Shown here: piece by piece, positions 1 to 4,087 of the stretch
Numbering within the stretch: position 1 is the stretch's first letter
Layout of the letters: the number at the start of each line of letters is the position of its first letter
Origin: a virus
Taxonomy: Duplodnaviria > Heunggongvirae > Uroviricota > Caudoviricetes
Virus record (IMG/VR): IMGVR_UViG_2606217110_000019
Span: 1-4,087 of that record
Reading direction: 5' to 3' (one strand)
DNA length: 4,087 nt
Notes under the pieces: model-generated
The model's input: the letters and a program-made list of their open reading frames with translations, nothing else
What the model was told of the DNA's origin: nothing
Databases searched by the model: none
Program-made: the position numbers and the translations under genes

Positions 1-17
1 AAGATTATTGGCCGTTT

Positions 18-2014
<1,997 letters not shown>

Positions 2015-2020
2015 GAGTGT

Positions 2021-2025
2021 TCCCT
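2021..2025 (-). promoter_or_regulatory. Shine-Dalgarno (AGGGA) for istA
   Basis: Reverse complement of tccct at 2021-2025, with a 6-nt spacer to the ATG at 2012-2014. Confidence 0.5.
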
Positions 2026-2050
2026 TTGTGGTGTAGGAACCTTAAGGAAA

Positions 2051-2103
2051 CAACATGTTGGGTGGAGCGGACAATCCAAATGGTGAATTACTGTCTTATA
2101 TCA
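2051..2103. repeat. IS terminal inverted-repeat region, istA-proximal end, including a perfect 10-bp palindrome CAACATGTTG
   Basis: AGCGGACA at 2066-2073 is the complement of the TGTCCGCT motif; palindrome at 2051-2060. The reverse complement of about 2066-2090 matches window 18-39. The outer boundary is uncertain. Confidence 0.45.
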
Positions 2104-2334
2104 TTGGCGCTGACAACGCTGCTCGTTGAGTTGTGATTTTGCTTCTTCCAGTCCATCCAGCAAATCAGCGATAATATCCGCTTCCCGATGACGGATGTGA
2201 CGCTTAAACGCAGCAAGAGCCGCATCACAATCCCGTTCAGCATTTGGGCTGTCCGGGATAGCCTGATACCACGCCAGCGTCGACTGATAGTTTTGTGCTG
2301 CCTCACGAAGCGCCTCATAGTTAACCTCTCTCAT
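2101..2334 (-). CDS. Hypothetical small acidic phage protein (77 aa); last gene of the coupled cassette, ending at the IS junction
   Basis: ATG at 2332-2334 overlaps the TGA of the upstream gene (ATGA at 2331-2334). Predicted helical, acidic protein with no motif I recognise. The TGA stop at 2101-2103 lies at the predicted IS boundary, so the native C-terminus may be altered. Confidence 0.5.
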   Translation of the reverse strand: MREVNYEALREAAQNYQSTLAWYQAIPDSPNAERDCDAALAAFKRHIRHREADIIADLLDGLEEAKSQLNEQRCQRQ

Positions 2335-2627
2335 TGAGCCACCTCCTGATAAATCACCGCATGCCCCAGTTTCTCCGCCAGTGCCAGCTCTGCCTTAGCG
2401 CCCGCTGACCGCTGCCAGCCTTTCAGCATGTAAATCGCATCCACACAACGAATCATTGCCATGCAAATATCCATGTAGTGCGGCTGTGTCAGCCCGTCCG
2501 GAAGTACTGCCGGGTTCAAGACTGTATGCCCTTCCCGTTTCAGTTCCTCTTCCGCCTTGTGGAACGCCTCACGGTTGAAATTTTTATACCCGGTCATTGG
2601 ACCGGCAATATAAACTCTCACCCTCAC
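2331..2627 (-). CDS. DUF4406 / nucleoside 2-deoxyribosyltransferase-like small phage protein (98 aa)
   Basis: N-terminal VYIAGPMTG motif resembles the Y-x-AGP nucleoside-binding motif of the NDT-like fold; a Glu-rich C-terminal segment (GAKAELALAEKLG) may hold the catalytic Glu. Starts with GTG at 2625-2627, overlapping the upstream TGA (GTGA). Family assignment is from memory, not a search. Confidence 0.65.
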   Translation of the reverse strand: MRVRVYIAGPMTGYKNFNREAFHKAEEELKREGHTVLNPAVLPDGLTQPHYMDICMAMIRCVDAIYMLKGWQRSAGAKAELALAEKLGHAVIYQEVAQ

Positions 2628-2941
2628 TCCTGAACTCTCCTGTCGAAATAAACGTAGTTATTCACTGTGCGCAACGGCATTCCAAATTTTCTGGCGATTT
2701 CTCTCCTGGGTACGCCATGCTGATGCAGCTGTCGCGCCAGTTCAATATCACTCTGCGGATATTTTGTTGACTGGTGATAATCACCCCGTAACATCAGGCT
2801 GACACCCAGTTCCCGCGCTTTCGTTCTGACAGCATCACCTGTACGACCGGTCAGCCTCCCAATGCTTTCGACCGTCATCGTTCCCGCACACTGCCGGAGT
2901 ATCATGATTTCAGCCTCGTACCACTTCTTCCAGCCACTCAC
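2624..2941 (-). CDS. Small phage HTH DNA-binding protein (105 aa; possibly 93 aa from an internal ATG)
   Basis: C-terminal HTH-like segment [21 protein letters not shown] and a second candidate, [25 protein letters not shown]. The GTG at 2939-2941 overlaps the TGA of the upstream gene; an alternative ATG at 2903-2905 is preceded by GAGG. Confidence 0.6.
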   Translation of the reverse strand: MSGWKKWYEAEIMILRQCAGTMTVESIGRLTGRTGDAVRTKARELGVSLMLRGDYHQSTKYPQSDIELARQLHQHGVPRREIARKFGMPLRTVNNYVYFDRRVQE

Positions 2942-3699
2942 CGCTGCAGCTCTCCGGTCGCGGTAATATCACGAAGAATATCCCGGTGCTTGTTCAGCTC
3001 CCGCAGCGCGGCGCAGACTCGTTCCCACTTCTGGACATGACTTTTCGCCCGACGCAGTTCGAGGTTTGCCATATGCAGCGATGGTAAAATCAGGTCATCC
3101 GCTCGCGTTTCAGTAAACGATGGCAGCGACTGCACAATGCCCGCTACAGTTTCTGTTTTAATTTCTTCCTGTGTTGCGGCTTCCCGGACTGGTAACGCAA
3201 CACCTGCTGGCTGAGGAAAGGCCTTACCATCATTTTCCGTTACCGATGCTGCTTTCGGCTCTGCTGGTAAATTACCGCCCGGCATGCAGTAACGAAATTT
3301 ACCGCTCTGATTAACGCGTGCCAGCCGCCCCGTTGCAGTTACCACCGCCAGCGTGGAAGCAACCTTGCGAGTACTGATGCCGAACTTACCCGCCAGTTCT
3401 TCACACGTTTTAGCCCCATCCTGACCGATAAACTCAATCATCATGTCTGCTGTAACTTTTTGTTCGACCTCCCCGGTCAGCATATCCTGTGCTTCAGATT
3501 TTACTGGCCGCTCTTCGGTTACCAGGGATTCACCTTCGCCAGCCAGAAACCAGGTGTGACCAGTTTTATCAACGACGCCATTTCTTTTGAGTTCCCACAG
3601 CTCGTTGAGAACCTCTTCACGACTGATATCAAGTCGCGCGGCCAGTTCTACCGATGTGGCTTTTCCCATTGCTTTCAGTGCGTCAAAAACGGTTTCCAT
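2938..3699 (-). CDS. Phage protein with two winged-helix-like modules (DUF1627-like, 253 aa)
   Basis: ATG at 3697-3699 with a strong GGAGG Shine-Dalgarno 8 nt upstream. Two similar wHTH-like segments ([30 protein letters not shown] and [33 protein letters not shown]) separated by an acidic linker. The DUF1627 resemblance is recalled, not searched. Confidence 0.75.
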   Translation of the reverse strand: METVFDALKAMGKATSVELAARLDISREEVLNELWELKRNGVVDKTGHTWFLAGEGESLVTEERPVKSEAQDMLTGEVEQKVTADMMIEFIGQDGAKTCEELAGKFGISTRKVASTLAVVTATGRLARVNQSGKFRYCMPGGNLPAEPKAASVTENDGKAFPQPAGVALPVREAATQEEIKTETVAGIVQSLPSFTETRADDLILPSLHMANLELRRAKSHVQKWERVCAALRELNKHRDILRDITATGELQR

Positions 3700-3707
3700 T
3701 AAAATTT

Positions 3708-3712
3708 CCTCC
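3708..3712 (-). promoter_or_regulatory. Shine-Dalgarno (GGAGG) for the 253-aa gene
   Basis: Reverse complement of cctcc at 3708-3712, 8-nt spacer to the ATG; lies in the 21-bp gap after the dnaC-like stop. Confidence 0.55.
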
Positions 3713-3720
3713 GGACAAAA

Positions 3721-4087
3721 TTACTTCACAACCCTCAGGTGTCTGACATTCGAACGCCAGCTCTCCCAGTTAAAATTCACCCAGCGACCACCGTTCATGA
3801 CCATGCGGTCCATCACACGCTCGCCAAGAAGCGTACTCATCGCTACGTGGTTCAGGTTCGTCAGCATTCCGACACTACGCATCGAAGCCGTTCTGCGGTC
3901 GACTATCTGGTTCAGTGTGACCTGCTCGTTGCGCGTATCCCGCTGCATTCCGATTTCATCCAGGACAAGCAGGTCAACATCACACAACCCCTGTAAAAAT
4001 TTTTCGCCTGAGTTTTTGTTGTCGTAGCTGTTGTGTAACGCCAGCATCACATCAGCCACCGTTATCACAATCACGCTGCGACCTTTC
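3721..4087 (-). CDS. dnaC: DnaC-like replicative helicase loader, C-terminal part (5' end lies beyond the window)
   Basis: Translation ...KGRSVIVITVADVMLA...DVDLLVLDEIGMQ...IVDRR...GMLTNLN...LGERVMDRM...WVNFNWESWR is closely collinear with the C-terminal half of E. coli DnaC (Walker B, sensor region, conserved C-terminal tail). The frame stays open to the window edge; TAA stop at 3721-3723. Confidence 0.88.
   Translation of the reverse strand, partial: KGRSVIVITVADVMLALHNSYDNKNSGEKFLQGLCDVDLLVLDEIGMQRDTRNEQVTLNQIVDRRTASMRSVGMLTNLNHVAMSTLLGERVMDRMVMNGGRWVNFNWESWRSNVRHLRVVK

Noticed and set aside
2088-2318. Minus-strand ORF 2088..2318 (76 aa), in a different frame from the 77-aa gene
   Set aside because: It overlaps the 77-aa ORF almost entirely. 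The 77-aa frame has the ATGA coupling to the upstream gene and a more protein-like composition, so this frame is probably spurious.
2101-3699. Assignment of the cassette to a named defence or anti-defence system
   Set aside because: No hallmark domains (nuclease, helicase, TIR, SIR2, cyclase, known Acr/Acb/Tad folds) are recognisable by eye. Claiming a specific system would be unsupported without searches.
3460-4027. Plus-strand ORFs 3460..3702, 3587..4027, 3739..3996
   Set aside because: They are antisense to the 253-aa gene and the dnaC-like gene, with Ser/Arg-rich low-complexity translations. These are shadow ORFs.

Overview
The window holds two unrelated blocks, all coding on the minus strand. 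Positions ~1-2103 are an IS21-family insertion sequence: istA (842..2014, 390 aa, HTH plus DDE transposase) overlaps istB (48..845, 265 aa, AAA+ helper with Walker A GPPGVGKT and Walker B LILDEIG), and both ends carry imperfect inverted repeats with TGTCCGCT motifs. The element runs to, or just past, the window start. Positions 2101-4087 look like a lambdoid-prophage early region: the 3' part of a dnaC-like helicase-loader gene (3721..4087, truncated by the window edge), followed by four translationally coupled small genes. These are a 253-aa double winged-helix protein (DUF1627-like by recall), a 105-aa HTH protein, a 98-aa DUF4406 / nucleoside 2-deoxyribosyltransferase-like protein and a 77-aa acidic protein whose stop codon sits at the IS boundary. 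I see no rRNA, tRNA or CRISPR array. The most interesting candidate is this four-gene cassette of poorly characterised genes downstream of the replication gene, now abutted by the IS. I cannot show from sequence alone that it is a new system; no hallmark defence domain is visible, and all family assignments are from memory of motifs, not database searches.
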